A stretch of DNA of 63,668 nucleotides, filler included, from Octopus bimaculoides (lineage: Eukaryota), in NCBI RefSeq assembly GCF_001194135.2. It is 8 parts of 7 records of this genome, joined end to end, with 100 filler letters (N's around TTAATTAATTAA, not from the genome) between each part and the next. Parts side by side here need not be neighbours in the genome. Positions count along the whole stretch, not along the records: positions 62,071 to 63,668 come from NC_068996.1; 7 more parts are not named here. One strand, 5' to 3'. Positions within the stretch are counted from its first letter, which is position 1, and each line of letters starts with the position of its first letter. Under the pieces are notes generated by a model, which saw only the letters and a list, made by a program, of their open reading frames with translations, searched no databases and was not told where the DNA came from. Below are positions 62,820 through 63,668 of this stretch, in pieces. Made by a program: the position numbers and the translations under genes.

Positions 62820-63060
62820 ATGTATGGGAGAATTCACGAAAAAACAACAGACGAAGACAGGTGGTGTAAACATCAAATGGATGTAATAGTATAACGCTCA
62901 AGAATAGAGAAAGTCTTTAACGTTTCGAGCCTATGCTCTTCAACAAAAAGGAACACAGAAAGAAACAAGGAGAGAAAAAAATATAAGTGTAGTGGTCAGC
63001 GATTTATCATGGCGAATGCCGGACAGAAGAATCATACAGGAGAGTTAAGAAGAAAGGGAG
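62820..63060 (-). mobile_element. Penelope-like terminal repeat with minimal hammerhead-like motif (62913-62950)
   Basis: CUUU-UUGUUGAA-GAGC AUAG GCUC-GAAAC-GUU-AAAG; shares motif and flanks with 11776-11830. Confidence 0.5.
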
Positions 63061-63120
63061 ATAACAAGAAGTAGTGATCCCAAAACGAAGGTGCGTGTGT
63101 GTGAGAGANNNNNNNNNNAT

Positions 63121-63613
63121 ATCTTGAGTATTGAGGCGATGGTACACAAGCACCGGTTACGTTGGACTAGACACCTTATTAGAATGAAGGATAACAGGAT
63201 TCCTAAGCAGATGCCATATGGATAACTTGTGAATGGAAGGAGACTCCTGCAGAAACCAAGGCTGCGCTTTAAGGACTGTGTCAAGTCCTCATTAAAGGCT
63301 TGTGATATGCAGGACACTGACTGGGAGAACAATACCTGTCATTGCCACGGATGGAGGAAGCAGGTTAGGGAGGGGATCGACACTTTTGAGAGAGCACATA
63401 TCCAGCATGAAGAGCTTAAGCGAGCTGCACGAAAGCGCACAGTTCATATAGTGAATGAGAAAAGCTTGGTCTGCAATGTTTGTAGTCATGTATGCTTGTC
63501 AAGAGCAGGTCTCATTAGCCACCAACGGAGTCACAAATGCAAAATATAAGTTAGTCCTAGAGCGCACAATGTTCCTGAAGGTCGGCAATGGTCTTCCTCG
63601 GTCACGAGTGGAC
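63121..63613 (+). mobile_element. RTE-clade (BovB/RTE-1-like) LINE 3' end with terminal C2H2-type finger
   Basis: SIEAMVHKHRLRWTRHLIRMKDNRIPKQMPYG*LVNG..PRLRFKD..CNVCSHVCLSRAGLISHQRSH; single stop at 63223-63225. Confidence 0.9.
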
Positions 63614-63627
63614 GGCCATCAAATCAC

Positions 63628-63668
<41 letters not shown>

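Overview
This is eukaryotic, AT-rich, microsatellite- and retroelement-dense genomic DNA. The SINE/LINE repertoire looks like an octopod cephalopod (Octopus-like); that is an inference from recalled repeat families, not a database result. Seven identical 100-nt spacers (N44-TTAATTAATTAA-N44) join eight gapped segments, so adjacency across spacers is not proven. Almost all ORFs in the supplied track are translations of microsatellites or N-gaps. One convincing host coding exon was found, which the ORF track misses: 53167-53307 (-), encoding the N-terminal half of a Ly6/uPAR three-finger domain of the quiver/sleepless type. The rest is several tRNA-headed SINE families; decayed RTE, CR1 and R4/Dong LINE fragments; Helitron, Tc1/mariner and hAT remnants; a Merlin-like MITE carrying a back-to-back telomere-repeat palindrome; Penelope-type hammerhead-like motifs; minisatellites; and local duplications. 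There are no prokaryotic features, CRISPR arrays, rRNA genes or bona fide tRNA genes. SINE family labels A, B, C and G are working names used only here.
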